Below, in pieces: positions 28,228-42,079 of a stretch of 64,000 bases of DNA. Position 1 is the stretch's first letter; every line of letters begins with the position of its first letter. The position numbers were made by a program, and so were the translations under genes. The notes beneath the pieces are model-generated. The model did no database searches. It was given only the letters and a program-made list of their open reading frames with translations, and was not told the origin of the DNA. The stretch is taken from contig OX597836.1 in assembly GCA_951406725.2 (NCBI GenBank), positions 35,712,001 to 35,776,000 on the forward strand. Reading direction: 5' to 3'. The stretch is from Octopus vulgaris (lineage: Eukaryota).

Positions 28228-28544
28228 TATACACATACATGTGTGTGTGTTTGCTTACTGCCAAAACTCATATATACTTCAGATTACTTTAAAACGCCTA
28301 CTGACACAAACCAACGAACAAAAAGAACGAACCCCTCTGCAATTGATAAACAGAATTACTTGTTCTAACTATGCCTTGATACACGCACGCGCGCATGCGC
28401 ACACACATGCACAGACACACACGCATATGTTTCTGCATTTAATTAACAAATTTCTTCCTTTTTTAAATCACACACGTGGGGTTATCTTACGTTCACAATT
28501 CCGAGTCTCTCAACATACCCATACATACACACATCCATACATAT

Positions 28545-28609
<65 letters not shown>

Positions 28610-28688
28610 ATCAAAATAAAAACATGATGCCACCTACACCACCAAACGGTATATACAGTTGCTAACAATTATCAAGTACTCACCCCGA

Positions 28689-28750
<62 letters not shown>

Positions 28751-29412
28751 TCTCGATACGAGGGCAAATAATTCCAGAGAAAAAAATTCCCGAAAAATTA
28801 ATTTGCTAAGACGATATTTATTACATAAGCGCAGCTGTCTTGTTAATTACTTTAATTAAGAGATCTATAAATATACGATGTGCAAGACCATTAATACAAC
28901 CAAACGTAAACGCCAGTCCAGTTGTGCGGCACTTTGTGCAAAGTGTTTCCCACCGTAGATCTGATGGTCGACCAAAGGCTTGTGTGCGTATTTGTTACTC
29001 TATATGATGTATATATATATATATATGAAAATATATATCGATGTGTGTGTACTCGTTGTTTGTGTGTCCTTGTGTTCTTGTGTGATGCTTGGCACCCACC
29101 GGCTAACAATAAGTAGTGGTTTGTTTCCGTTCCCGTCTCTTAGCTGTTCATTAAAAAGTAACAGATAGAATAAGTAAGTACCAGACTTAAAAGCATAAGT
29201 ACCAGCTTTCGATATTTCGACTAAATCTGTCGAGGCTGTGCCGCAGCATGGTTGCAATCCAAACACTGAAGCAAGCATATAAACTTATGATTTGAAATGT
29301 GCGTATGTGTGTGCGTCTATTTATGTATATATATATATCACACACACACACACACACACACACACATGGGTACTTGACGCTCGTGAGGGTCTAATAAATT
29401 GTATCGAAGACA

Positions 29413-29490
29413 AATGCTGCTGATGATTTATAGATAAATATGTGAGTATAATTGCATATTATATTGATAAAGAAACAATTGTTCAGCATT
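29413..29490 (+). ncRNA. Minimal type-I hammerhead ribozyme motif
   Basis: AATGCTG-CTGATGA-TTTAT...ATAAA-GAAAC-AATT-GTT-CAGCATT: 7-bp stem I, 5-bp stem II base with inner AATATG/CATATT hairpin, palindromic AATT loop. Confidence 0.85.
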
Positions 29491-29652
29491 AATCTATCTT
29501 TTCGTTGTATTTCACTTTCCTTACGATGAAGGTAATGTTATTTCTTTGTGGAAACAACTTCGGTGGCTATACCAGAATTAGGAGCTATTTTTAGCACTAG
29601 AGTTAACCACTTAACGGTAACTCTCTTATATTTATGTATATATATATATATA

Positions 29653-29975
29653 TATAAAATAATATGTTACATTACTCGATAGTCAAGATAAAACTCTGAG
29701 TTTCAGATGCTGAAGTGGGAATCCACGCCGCCATCTCTTCGGTTATCTGGTTGAGGACTCTTACACACAGAAGAGTTTAATATGGATGCATATAAAGGGC
29801 GTTTTCAAATAGCCAGATAACCGAAGAGATGGCGGCGTGGATTCCCACTTCGGCATCTGAAACTCAGAGTTTTATCTTGACTATCGAGTAATGTAACATA
29901 TTATTTTATAGATAAATTTCCTCTAGTTACACAATATTGAGATCACTTTCTTTCTTTTGTTATATTATCGTTTTA

Positions 29976-29979
<4 letters not shown>
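29653..29979. mobile_element. Non-coding fold-back derivative of the PLE family at 34196-35795
   Basis: 98-bp inverted arms 29653-29750 and 29813-29910 plus tail 29911-29979, homologous to 34196-34360; (TA)n on both sides; CCGAAGA hammerhead variant in each arm. Confidence 0.85.
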
Positions 29980-30013
<34 letters not shown>

Positions 30014-30031
30014 CATACATACAGACATGTA

Positions 30032-30064
<33 letters not shown>

Positions 30065-30970
30065 ATATAACAAACAAAATATATGTATATATAACAAGAC
30101 AAAATTAATAGACGTCTCCCAACTTTCCTTAGAAGGCACTAGTGGAGTAAATCTAAGATTTCGGTGGCTATTGTGATTTCATTTTTAGAAAATTTTAAGA
30201 AGTGATTTCTCATTTCAGAAAAGAGAATTTAAATCTTGACAACAGAACATAATAGATATCTCAGTGATAACAACGACAGACCAGCGATATTCATGACCAA
30301 ATTGTATTTAAGACCACTTTGCGATTGCAGAAGGAAGGAAACACTTTTAGACTACCCATTCATAAGCCAGTCAAACTGTTTTTCTTACTTAAATGATTAT
30401 AACTGACGTTAATAAAATAGCGTTGACACAACAGCTTCTCGACAAAGACTGAAAGAGTTGGTATTATGTTAAAATCAATAATATCTAATGGATGGAACAA
30501 CAGACGAGATTTTAGTCCTTTCTCGACCTTTTAAATGACGGAAGAAGAAAACAATAAAGAACACGCTGAGGTATTTCAATACAGGAACAAATGACATAGC
30601 ATTTTGTTATCTTAAAATAAACAGTCTTAGCCAAACAAATAGTTACAGTACACAAACCAATCATTTTCCAATCAAATTGGTCTTAATAGGTATCACTTTA
30701 ATCCATTTGTGCAAGCTGCGTTTTATTTCTTGCTTTAATACATAAAAGTAATAATTCACATCGACACAATTGTTACTATTCCGTGAGTGGAACTGACTTT
30801 TAACTTCGTTCAGCATGTAACGTAAAATACGGCAATCACAGATCTCCAGCTCATACATAAAACGTCTTAGTTACAAACGCATTTGAATAAATTGTCTACA
30901 TTTATACACATAGGAGGTTGTATGTACACACATATATATGTCGAAAGACGCCTGTTGTGAGGTCCTGTTA

Positions 30971-31001
<31 letters not shown>

Positions 31002-31279
31002 ATTTGTTTTTTCCTATTATTTTTGTATTCATATTCGTGTAACATCGTTTTCCCGTCCTTGTTTCGTATACATTCGAAGCTTTCTTCCAAGGAATCTAAT
31101 GCGCTTAGCTTAGTTTTTCCTTCGGGCTGGCCAGATTGGAGCAATCTGGCAAGATTAATCAGCCGAAATTGCGAGGATGATCCGGGATCCGGTTCATGAT
31201 TGAGGATTGAAGGCTTCGAATGACCCTTCCTTTTTATTTGCATCGTCTTCTAAATGTTTTGCGTTCTTGTCCCAGTTTG

Positions 31280-31377
<98 letters not shown>

Positions 31378-31519
31378 AGAATAATAGTGATTGTTTCTTA
31401 TTAGGAACAAAATGGTTAGGGCTGCTATAGATGTGCTCAAGTAAATGAGACGAATATAACAAACTTTGGTGTTGTGATGTGTTAGGTGGATGACCATATA
31501 TATATATATATAGGCGTGT

Positions 31520-31840
31520 GAGGGCGCGTGGCTTAGTGGTTAGGGCATTCGGCTCATGATCGTAAGGTTGTGAGTTCGATTCCCGGCGACGCGTTGTGTC
31601 CTTGAGCAAGACACTTTATTTCACGTTGCTCCAGTCCACTCAGCTGGCAAAAATGAGTTGTACTTGTATTTCAAAGGGTCAGCCTTGTCACTCTCTGTGT
31701 CACGCTGATTATCCCCGAGAACTACGTTAAGGGTACACGTGTCTGTGGAATGCTCAGCCATTTGCACGTTAATTTCACGAGCAAGCTGTTCCGTTGATCG
31801 TATCAGCTGGGACCCTCGTCGTCGTAACCGGCGGAGTCTT
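31520..31840 (+). mobile_element. SINE family A variant (tRNA head plus CORE-like GTGTCCTTGAGCAAGACACTT)
   Basis: A and B boxes; 3' half shared with 3780-3960. Confidence 0.85.
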
Positions 31841-33729
31841 TTTTAAAGTCTTTTAAATATATAGGCGTAGGAGTTGCTTGCTTACCAACCACATGGTTCC
31901 GGGTTCAGTCCCACTGCGTGGCACCTTGGGCAAATGTCTTCTACTATAGCTTCGGCACACACACATATATATTTATATGTATCTGTCTACATATATGTGC
32001 TTGCGTATTTGTGTGCGTGTATGTATGCCCGTGCGAATTAGGTTGGTAGGAAAGTAATGTTGCATTTCATATAATGACATTAAATCAACATATAACAAAT
32101 CGTAATCGTGTCTATTCATAACATTTTACAATAACATTTCATAATGTCGCAGCCAGGTGTCTGATACGTTGGGCAAAGAAGAAAAAAGAAATCAAGCAGA
32201 TTTTATTTTTCAATTGTTAAAGAGGGTAATATTTCGAGTACTTTCTCGACCTATTCGTGGCTTCGGAAAGTTTTTCTGTTGCAAGCATTTTAAGCGATCT
32301 AAATTAGAGAAAACATAACGGTGCCAGGTCAGTAGAGTCGAGAGCGTGAGGTAGAACCTCACAACCTGATTAATTTATTTTTGTTGTGTTGTCATCGCTG
32401 AATATTTCCTTGCATTATGGTGGATTATTATGAGTAAGTAACTCCCCTCATCTATACACTTTCCCAAACCGCCTATGATGCCCATGCAATGTGGAACACG
32501 ATTTATTAAGCGTCCGGGATCAGTTCCTGCAACTTTGTTCAGTTACTGCTTTCACTACCCATTATTGGTAACGGTTGCTGTTCCCGATTGATTATCATCT
32601 AAATCTTTAAATTTGCTTTTGAAAATTGTTCAAGCATCAAGGGCATCACAAACGGGGTTTATTCGGGTACCTTGAACTATTGGTGATCCAACGGGTCACA
32701 GGTAGTCTAGTCTCTAAGAAAAATCAACTCCATTCATCTCTTGGGCGGGTGTAACTCTTCCTTTGATATGAGTTTTGTTTAGTTGAATTTTACGATTTCT
32801 TTAACGATTTTTGTAAAAATATATTTCATCTGAATATTCATCTCACTCTTCCAGCGTCAATGTACGAAAATAGTAAATATCTTTAAGACAGTTATCACTT
32901 TGTGATATCATATTAATAACAAATGTACCCGTTGCGTCACGCTTTAACATCTATGTCATAGGCAGATCTCTTTTTAGGAGAATGGGTTTTGAACCTTAGT
33001 GTTATTCGTACGATATTGACACTTAAGGTAATAAAATCATACGCATCATTTTCTTGGAATAAAATTATTAGTAGCTCTCGCGTTCAACAAATGTTACAGG
33101 GGGGCATAATTGTTTTGTCGTTGAAGAAGTTAGCTATAGGTAATGTTCACCCCAGAATCGTTTCATTCCTTTCATATGGCCAACCGGGGGATTATTTTGA
33201 ACATGTTATTGCAATCAAATACCTCGTTAGTGATTGCATAACTTCAAGAAAATTCGCTTTATGTTTCCAGTTTCTTCTATAGCCAAAACCAAAGCCAAAT
33301 AATAATCTGTGTATCTTTCTTCTTGTTTTCCTTTGATTCTTTGCTATTGAAGCTGATGTTGATATGTCCATCCATATTGTTATTAGCAAATCTCTGCTTG
33401 GGGAGAACATGACAACGATTTGTGAATAAAAGGTTTCTTCAACGAAGATGATCAGAAGAATCACCACTTACTGCTAAAAGCCTCTCAGTTGAATGATCAA
33501 TTTTGGAGGTAATTTTCATGACAAACAATGTTAGACACAAAACTACGTACATTTACATCCATAGATGGGAGTATCTATGTTTGCATTAGCATACGTGCAC
33601 GTATGTATATAAAAAAATACGAACGTTCGTACATATGTATACACACACACACAATGTATACACACACACAAACACGCATACATAGAAATATATAGATATA
33701 TGCATATATCTATATATATATATATATAT

Positions 33730-33961
33730 ATTTCTTTATTACCCACAAGGGGTTAAACATAGAGGGGACAAACAAGGACAGACAAAGGGATTAAGTCAAC
33801 AACATCGACCCCAGAGCGTAAATGGTACTTTACTTATCGACCCCGAAAAGATGAAAGGCAAAGTCGACCTCGGCGGAATTTGAACTCAGAACGTAGCGAC
33901 AAACGAAATAATGCTGAGCATTTCGCCCGGCGTGCTAACGATTCTGGCAGCTCGCCGCCTT
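33730..33961 (-). mobile_element. SINE family B monomer
   Basis: Reverse complement of 6180-6412. Confidence 0.85.
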
Positions 33962-33970
33962 GTATGTATG

Positions 33971-34197
<227 letters not shown>

Positions 34198-34551
34198 ATA
34201 AAACGGTAAGATAACAAAAGAAAGAAAGAGACCTCAATATTATGTAAATAGAGGAAAAATTATCTATACAATATGTTACATTACTCGGTAGTCAAGATAA
34301 AACTCTGAGTTTCAGATGCCGAAGTGGAAATCCACAACACCATCTCATCGGTTATCTGGCTATTTGAAAACGTTATGAAAAAATACCGTTAAAAATGAAG
34401 GGAAATTACTCTGTTATAACTCTGCTTTGCCTGCGTACTTATACATCGCTCGCATTTTTCGTCATAAAAATTATATAAAAATACATAAATATATATAAAA
34501 ATATATAAAAATATATAAAATCTTCTTGGGACATAACACAGAAAGCATGTT

Positions 34552-35274
34552 CTATCCGTTTTCTTTAGGGGACCAAAAACGTAACAGAAATTTAGTCACA
34601 TGTGGGCATGATCCGAAAAGCTCTGTCCTTGTATTTAGACATGTGGTAGGGTCTAAGCTGCTTTTCCAGATAAGCCATCTCTCCATGTCGCATAAACCGC
34701 ACCTTCCGCTGCCGTTAGTATAGGGCTTACATCTGGCCAAAATCTTCCATTGTATGTTATAATCGACACCTTTATCTCTTAAAGACCAAATATGATTGGA
34801 TAATTGTGTCGCTTTTCTTTTGTTCCAGTGCCTAAAGCTCAAAGTGTGGTTATTGAACCTGGCCTTGAAATTACCCTCTGTCAGGCCCACGTATTTCTTC
34901 GTCGAAACGGTGTCTTTAGTGGTTATAGAGTTTACGGTAGCTTCATATATGATGGTCTTGGACATGCAAGCTCCATTTAGCGGGCACAATTCTTTATTCC
35001 TGCATGAACAGCTGTTTTCTTCTTGTGTTTTTTGTATGTTATGATTGATTATGTTTTTAAAATTGGTAGTTGAACTAAAACTAATTTTTAAATTGTGTCT
35101 ATTGAAGAGTTTCCTATAAGCATGGTTAACTGGAAAATGTCTATCTATCAGTGCTAGGAAATATTTACCTATATTGAAGGCCACCTCGGGTGAGTAAGGG
35201 GGCGTAAACCAGATGACCTTCCTATTTCTATTATTCCTTTTCCTTATTGTTGGGCTGGTGATAGGTGTATATTT
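34552..35274 (-). CDS. PLE C-terminal linker plus GIY-YIG endonuclease (partial, uninterrupted)
   Basis: RNRKVIWFTPPYS..V.FNIGKYFL.LIDRHFP...LFNRHNLKISFS; CSCR...CPLNGAC; IIYEATV...YVGLTEGNFKARFNNH; CGLCDMERWLI; LNTRTELFGSCPH; RT domain absent. Confidence 0.88.
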   Translation of the reverse strand, partial: KYTPITSPTIRKRNNRNRKVIWFTPPYSPEVAFNIGKYFLALIDRHFPVNHAYRKLFNRHNLKISFSSTTNFKNIINHNIQKTQEENSCSCRNKELCPLNGACMSKTIIYEATVNSITTKDTVSTKKYVGLTEGNFKARFNNHTLSFRHWNKRKATQLSNHIWSLRDKGVDYNIQWKILARCKPYTNGSGRCGLCDMERWLIWKSSLDPTTCLNTRTELFGSCPHVTKFLLRFWSPKENG

Positions 35275-35702
35275 TATTTAAGAGATAAAGGTGTCGATTA
35301 TAACATACAATGGAAGATTTTGGCCAGATGTAAGCCCTATACTAACGGCAGCGGAAGGTGCGGTTTATGCGACATGGAGAGATGGCTTATCTGGAAAAGC
35401 AGCTTAGACCCTACCACATGTCTAAATACAAGGACAGAGCTTTTCGGATCATGCCCACATGTGACTAAATTTCTGTTACGTTTTTGGTCCCCTAAAGAAA
35501 ACGGATAGAACATGCTTTCTGTGTTATGTCCCAAGAATATTTTATATATTTTTATATATTTTTATATATTTTTATGTATTTTTATATAATTTTTATGACG
35601 AAAAATGCGAGCGATGTATAAGTACGCAGGCAAAGCAGAGTTATAACAGAGTAATTTCCCTTCATTTTTAACGGTATTTTTTCATAACGTTTTCAAATAG
35701 CC

Positions 35703-35765
35703 AGATAACCGAAGAGATGGTGTTGTGGATTTCCACTTCGGCATCTGAAACTCAGAGTTTTATCT
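35703..35765 (+). ncRNA. Variant hammerhead motif in the PLE 3' region (mirror copy at 34295-34357, minus strand)
   Basis: AGATAA-CCGAAGA-GATG...CATC-T-GAAAC-TCAGA-GTT-TTATCT; the mirror copy has CCGATGA. Confidence 0.65.
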
Positions 35766-35787
35766 TGACTACCGAGTAATGTAACAT

Positions 35788-35842
<55 letters not shown>

Positions 35843-36141
35843 TTTATGTGTATATACAGCAAGCTTATATCTATGCACCCATAAACGTGTGCGTGTATAC
35901 ATGTCTGTATGCCAAGGTAGACAGATCTCTAAATGTAAAACTTGGGATCAGATCGCACTAAGTGACACTCACTTTAAAACCATTCCGATCAGGCAGAAAG
36001 AAAAGCCCTACAGTAATGGAAAATTGGCGAAGACTGCTTGTAAACGATGGTTCTGGCAGTCGCATGCTCTATTCTGTATGTAGGCAGCTTCTATTTTCTT
36101 GATGTTCTTCTAACATGAAGGAATGCCATGAATAAATGCAC

Positions 36142-36190
<49 letters not shown>

Positions 36191-36204
36191 ATGAATAAAT
36201 GCAC

Positions 36205-36242
<38 letters not shown>

Positions 36243-36364
36243 TCAAGGTGAGTACTTGATAATTGTAAGCACCTGTATATACCGTTTGGTGGTGTATTTG
36301 ATAATTAATAAAGGCCCGAAACATATGTACCGCTGAATCCTTGGCATCATGTTTTTATTTTGAT

Positions 36365-36452
<88 letters not shown>

Positions 36453-36889
36453 TGCGGAGATGTACTTGCATAGCTAGTGACTTGATCTGAGATCGTGTGC
36501 TGGAACGAAAACAATTGCAGCGTGGAAGGTGTTTATAAGCCATTTAAGAAACACACAAAAACCGTTACATTCACTTCAACATTTAAATTCAATTTGTCAA
36601 AATATTTTCGTCGCTTTGAGACCGCGACCTGTTCACTGACAAAACTTCGTGCTGCATCTGCCAGTTTTCGTGTAAAGGAATATGCACTTTTGTTTTATAA
36701 GCCAAATAGCATTTGAAACAAGATGAAATGGCAGAAAACTTTAGCAAGTGAATGAATACAGTGTCAAACTAATGAAGCTGTATAAACATCAATAGGTTCG
36801 TGAATTTCAGTAAGCATTAATTAAGTGTCGAATATTCTTTTTTTTTTCTAATCTAGGCACAAAGTCCGAAAATTTTACGGAGGGAACAG

Positions 36890-37392
36890 TCGATTAGATA
36901 GACCCCAGTACTCAGCTGGTACTTAATTTATCGACCCCGAAATGATGAAAAGTAAAGTCGACCTCGGCGGAATTTGTACTCAAAACGTAAGAAAGACGAA
37001 ATACTTGTTTCTTTACTACCCACAAGGGGCTAAACACAGAGCGGACAAACAAGGACAGACAAACGGATTAAGTCGATTATATCGGCCCCAGTGCGCAACT
37101 GGTACTTAATTTATCGACCCCGAAATGATGAAAAGCAAAGCCGACGTCGGCGGAATTTGTACTCAAAACATAAAGACAGACGAAATACCTATTTCTTTAT
37201 TACCCACAAGGGGCTAAACACAGAGGGGACAAACAAGGAAAGACATAGGTATTAAATCGATTACATCGACCCCAGTGCGTAACTGGTACTTAATTTATCG
37301 ACCCAGAAAGGAAGAAAAGCAAAGCCGACCTCGGCGGAATTTGTACTCAATACGTAAAGACAGACGCAATACCGCTAAGCATTTCGCCGCCT
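36890..37392 (-). mobile_element. SINE family B trimer
   Basis: Three tandem units with a shared diagnostic AATTTGTACTCAA variant. Confidence 0.85.
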
Positions 37393-38004
37393 TAAATGTG
37401 TCGAATATTATTCAGAAATACCTAAGGAATAGTTTAATAACTATTGGGCTATTGAAATTACTCAAGAGATGCCATTTAAGTGAGAAACTTTTGCTCACTT
37501 AATGAAATTTAAACATAAAAATTTAGTTTGTAATGTTTAAACTAAAATCAATACAATTTAATGATTGCGTTATATGAATTCAAGTATTGGAAGGCAAGAA
37601 TTTATGTTTCTTAGGAAGCCATATAAATTTAATGGTTATTAAGCAAATATTTTGCCGGTTGTTTTCGCTGGGTTTCATGATGTAGCTGTCAATATACCTG
37701 GTAGCATATTTCCATATAAGATATTTATTCGAAGCAGTCTCCAAAAACTATAATTGAAGAGTTTTTGAGTGGTAATTTTTATTGTATACTTCACCGTTGT
37801 TTTGTTATATAATTATTCTTTAGAATCGTATTTGATTTAACCATTGGAGGCTGGTTTTGTAGGAACATCTTGGAAGGCTTTAGTCGACTTCAGTGTCCCC
37901 AGCATTTGTCGTTCAATCTGCTACTTATAAAGATTTTCGTTTATCGCAGAAATATTGATTTCAAAGTTTGGTAGCAGGCCAGTGAATTTGGGGAAGAGAA
38001 TGAG

Positions 38005-39036
38005 TCAGTTACATCGACCCCAGTGCTCAACTGGTGCTAATTTTATCGACCCTGAAAGCATGAAAGGCAAAGTCGACCTCGGCGGAATTTGAACTCAGAA
38101 CGTAACGGCAGACGAAATACCTATTTCTTTACTATTCACACGGGGCTAAACACAGAGATGACAAACAAGGACAGACAAACGGATTAAGTCGATTATATCG
38201 ACCCCAGTGCGTAACCGGTATTTATTTAATCGACCCCGAAAGGATGAAAGGCAAAGTCGACCTCGGTGGAATTTGAACTTAGAACGTATCGGCAGACGAA
38301 ATACCTATTTCTTTACTATCCGGAAGGGGATAAACACAGAGAGGACAAACAAGGACAGACAAACGGATTAAGTCGGTTATATTCACCTCAGTGTGTAACT
38401 GGTACTTAATTTATCGACCCCGAAAGGATGAAAGGCAAATTCGACCTTGGCGGCATTTGAACCCAGAACGTAACGGCAGACGAAATACCGCTAAGCATTT
38501 CGCCCGGCGTGCTAACGATTCTGCCAGCTCGCCGCCTTAAATTTAGCTAATATCGACCATATTTGACATTATGAATGTGATGTACACGAACAATTTTTAG
38601 CTACCGATGGGATTGCAGTTTCTACACAAAGCGGTAGCTAAAAACTGTTCGTGTTCAGCCCATTCATAATGTCAAATATGGTCGGTATTAGCTAAATTTA
38701 AGGCGGAGAGCTGGCAGAACCGTTAGCACACCGATCGAAATGCTTAGTGGTATTTCGTCTGCGGTTAGGTTCTGAGTTCAAATTCCGCCAAGGTCGAATT
38801 TGCCTTTCATCCTTTCGGGGTCGATAAATTAAATACCAGTTACGCACTGGGGTCGATATAATCGACTTAATCCGTTTGCCTGTCCTTGTTTGTCCTCTCT
38901 GTGTCTAGCTACTTGTGGGTAGTTAAGAAATAGGTATTTCGTCTGCCGATACGTTCTGAGTTCAAATTCCGCCGAGGTCGACTTTGCCTTTCATGCTTTC
39001 GGGGTCGATTAAATAAATAGTAAAGAAATAAGTATT
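38005..39036. mobile_element. Divergent SINE B multimers (trimer minus, dimer plus) around a 160-bp imperfect hairpin
   Basis: 38005-38538 minus and 38700-39036 plus; inner unique arms 38538-38607 and 38633-38700 are inverted copies. Confidence 0.85.
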
Positions 39037-39038
39037 TG

Positions 39039-39721
39039 CTAAATTTCCTATCACGAAATCGTTCCATTGTATCTCAGGAGATTTGGCTGCCATTTCTAGT
39101 AGGAATAGCTACCCTGTAGAAACCACACTGCGTTCATTGCATTCATAATATCAAATTTTAATCGTTCCCTTTTCTAAATTTCTAATCGCTAAATCGTTTC
39201 CTTGTAGCTCAGAAGATTTGGCTGTTGTTTCTTGTAAGACTAGCTACCATGCAGAAACCACGCTGCACTCGGTAGATAACAATTTTTCTTGTCCATTCAT
39301 GCATCACGTCAGATGCTATCGTCGGCTTTTGCTAAATTTGTTATCGCTAAATGGTCCCTTCTATCTCAGGAGATTTAACTGCTATTTCTAGAAGGTCTAG
39401 TTACCGTGCAAAAATAACTGTGCACTCGGTAGTTTTATATTTTTTGCATTCATTCCAAGATGTCAAAGATTATCGTTGGCTTTTCTTCAATTTCTTATCG
39501 GTAAATCATTCCCTTTTATCTCAGGAGATTAGGGTATTATTTCTAGTAGGTCTAGCTACCATGTAGAAACCACCCTGCACTCGTTAGAGTTTTATCGATG
39601 GTTTTGTTAAATTTCTTGTCAGCAAATGGTTCCCTTTTATCTTGGGAGATTTGGCTGTCATTTCTAGTAGACCTAGCTACCGTGTTTCTACCGCTCTCTC
39701 TCACGTTTCCCCTTCTCTTAC

Positions 39722-39757
<36 letters not shown>

Positions 39758-40440
39758 CTGACTGCCTAATCCTGTCTCTCCACCCTTTCTCCCTACTTCC
39801 TCTCTTGCCCTCTCCCTTTCTCCTCTCTTCTTCACTCCCACTCTCCCTCTCAACCACCCTGCACCCGTTAGAGTTTTATCGTTGGCTTTGTTAAATTTCT
39901 TATCGGTAAATAGCTCCCGTTGAAGGGAGCGAGCTGGCAGAAACGTTAGCACGCCGGGCGAAGTGCGTAGCCATATTTCGTCTGCCGTTACGTTCTGAGT
40001 TCAAATTCCGCCGAGGTCGACTTTGCATTTCATCCTTTCCGGGTCGATAAACTGAGCACAAGTTACGCACTGGGGCCGATGTAATCGACTTAATCCGTTT
40101 GTCTGTCCTTGTTTGTCCCCTCTGTGTTTAGCCCCTTGCGGGTAGTAAAGAAATAGGTAAATAGTTCCCTTTTATCTTGGGAGATTTGGCTGTCATTTCT
40201 AGTAGACCTAGCTAAGGTGTTTCTACCGCACTCTCTCACGTTCCTCCCTCTTTTCTCTCTCTCTCTCTCCTCTAACTGCCTGATTCGGTCTCTCCACCCT
40301 TTCTCCCTACTTCCTATCTTCCTGTCTCCCTTTCTCCTCTCTTCTGCACTCACCTTCACCCTTCAACCCACCCTGCACTCATTAGAGCTTTTATCGTTGG
40401 TTTTGCTAAATTTCTTATCATTAAACCAATTCCCTGCTAT
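39039..40440. repeat. Degenerate tandem repeat (~7 units) interrupted by a SINE B at 39925-40158
   Basis: Recurrent unit CTAAATTTC..ATC...AAAT.GTTCC...TATCTCAGGAGATTTGGCTG..ATTTCTAG; the SINE is flanked by a GGTAAATAG(C/T)TCCC duplication. Confidence 0.8.
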
Positions 40441-40799
40441 CTCACACCCTCGTTATAACCACAAATGGTTAAACAGCCATTAATTCAGTTTCATAGATTG
40501 ATTTCGTGAAGAAGGCTAGCACATTAATATTTCTGTAATTATAATATTAAGTCGCAACCTTTTCAAACGTCCAACTATTTCCATATTCAATAATTTTTGC
40601 AGTTTTTTTCAGCGGTGGATTGAACTTTGATCTGCCATTTTTCTTTCAGGATTAACAAGAAAAAAAAACCCCAGAAAATTCAATAAAGAATTTCTAATTG
40701 AATTTTATTCTTTGCATTTCTTTTACCTTCCCCACCCCACCGCCAAAAAAATTTGTTTGAAATTAACTGTTTTGCACGCTTCCTGTTTTCACGTGACTT

Positions 40800-41530
40800 A
40801 CACCCCTCTCTCTCTCTCCCTTTCTCCCTTTTCTTACCTTCCCTCTCTCTCACTTTCTCCCTTCTCTTACCTTCCCTCTTTCTCACTTTCTCCCTTCTCT
40901 TACCTTCCCTCTCTCTCACTTTCTCCCTTCTCTTACCTTCCCTCTCTCTCACTTCTCCCTTCTCTTACCTTCCCTCTCTCTCACTTTCTCCCTTTTCTTA
41001 CCTTCCCTCTCTCTCTCTCTCTCTCCTGTGACTTGCCTGATCCTCTGCCTTTCCAACTTTTCTCCCCACTTCCTCTCTTCCCGTTTCCCTTTCTCCCCTC
41101 TTCCTCACTCTCCCTCTCCCTCTCAACGACTCTTCCCTTTCCCCCTCTCCACTCCTCTATCTCCCCTATATCTCTTCCCTGAACCACTCTCTTCTTTACC
41201 TCTCTCTCTCTCCTTTTTACCTCTCTCTCCCCTCTTTACCTCTCTCTCTCACATTCTCCCTTCTCTTACCTTCTCCCTCTCTCTCTCCTGTGATTTGCCG
41301 GATCCTCTGTCTCTCCTCCCTTTCTCCCCACTTCCTCTCTTCCCGTCTCCCTTTCTCCTCTCTTTCTCCCTCTCCCTCTCCCTCTCAATGACTCTTCCCT
41401 TTCCCTCTCTCCACTCCTCTATCTCCCCTCTATCTCTTTCCTGAACCTCTCTCCTCTTTACCTCTCTCTTCCTTCCATAAATCTCTCCCTCCCGCCTCCC
41501 TCTATACGCTCTTTTTCTCCTCCACACTCT
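40800..41530. repeat. Polypyrimidine minisatellite
   Basis: ~33-bp unit CTCTCTCACTTTCTCCCTTCTCTTACCTTCC and a larger duplication starting CTCCTGTGA(C/T)TTGCC. Confidence 0.85.
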
Positions 41531-41773
41531 CTCTATGTTTAACCACCGGTCTCTGTCACACATTTTGTAAGCTTCGTTCATTCATAATGACTGATTATTA
41601 TTATTATTCCGCCGAGGTCGACTTTGCCTTTCATGCCTTCGGGGTCAAATAAATAGGTACCAGTTACGCACTGGGGTCGATGTAATCGACTTAATCCACC
41701 GCCGCCAAGCTTCCCTTGTGGCATTAATTTGAAATCATTATTAATATTGTTTATTATTATCATTATTATTATA

Positions 41774-41804
<31 letters not shown>

Positions 41805-42079
41805 TAAGGTAGCGTTCTGGCAGGATCGTTAACACACCGGACGAAAAGCTTAGCGGCATTTCGTCTACCGGTGAGTTCAGATTCAATCGACGTCGAATTT
41901 GCTTTTCAGTATGTCACGTGTTGATAAATTAAGTACCAGTTCAATACTGGAGTCGATGTAATCGACTTAATCCCTTCTCCCACATTTGAGACCTTGTGCT
42001 TCCAGTAGAATGTATTAATATTATCATTCTTCTTCTTCTTCTTCTTCTTCTTATTATTATTATTATTATTATTATTATC

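Noticed and set aside
32400-33500. ~1.1-kb non-repetitive stretch that might be a decayed gene
   Set aside because: No long open frame and no recognisable motif
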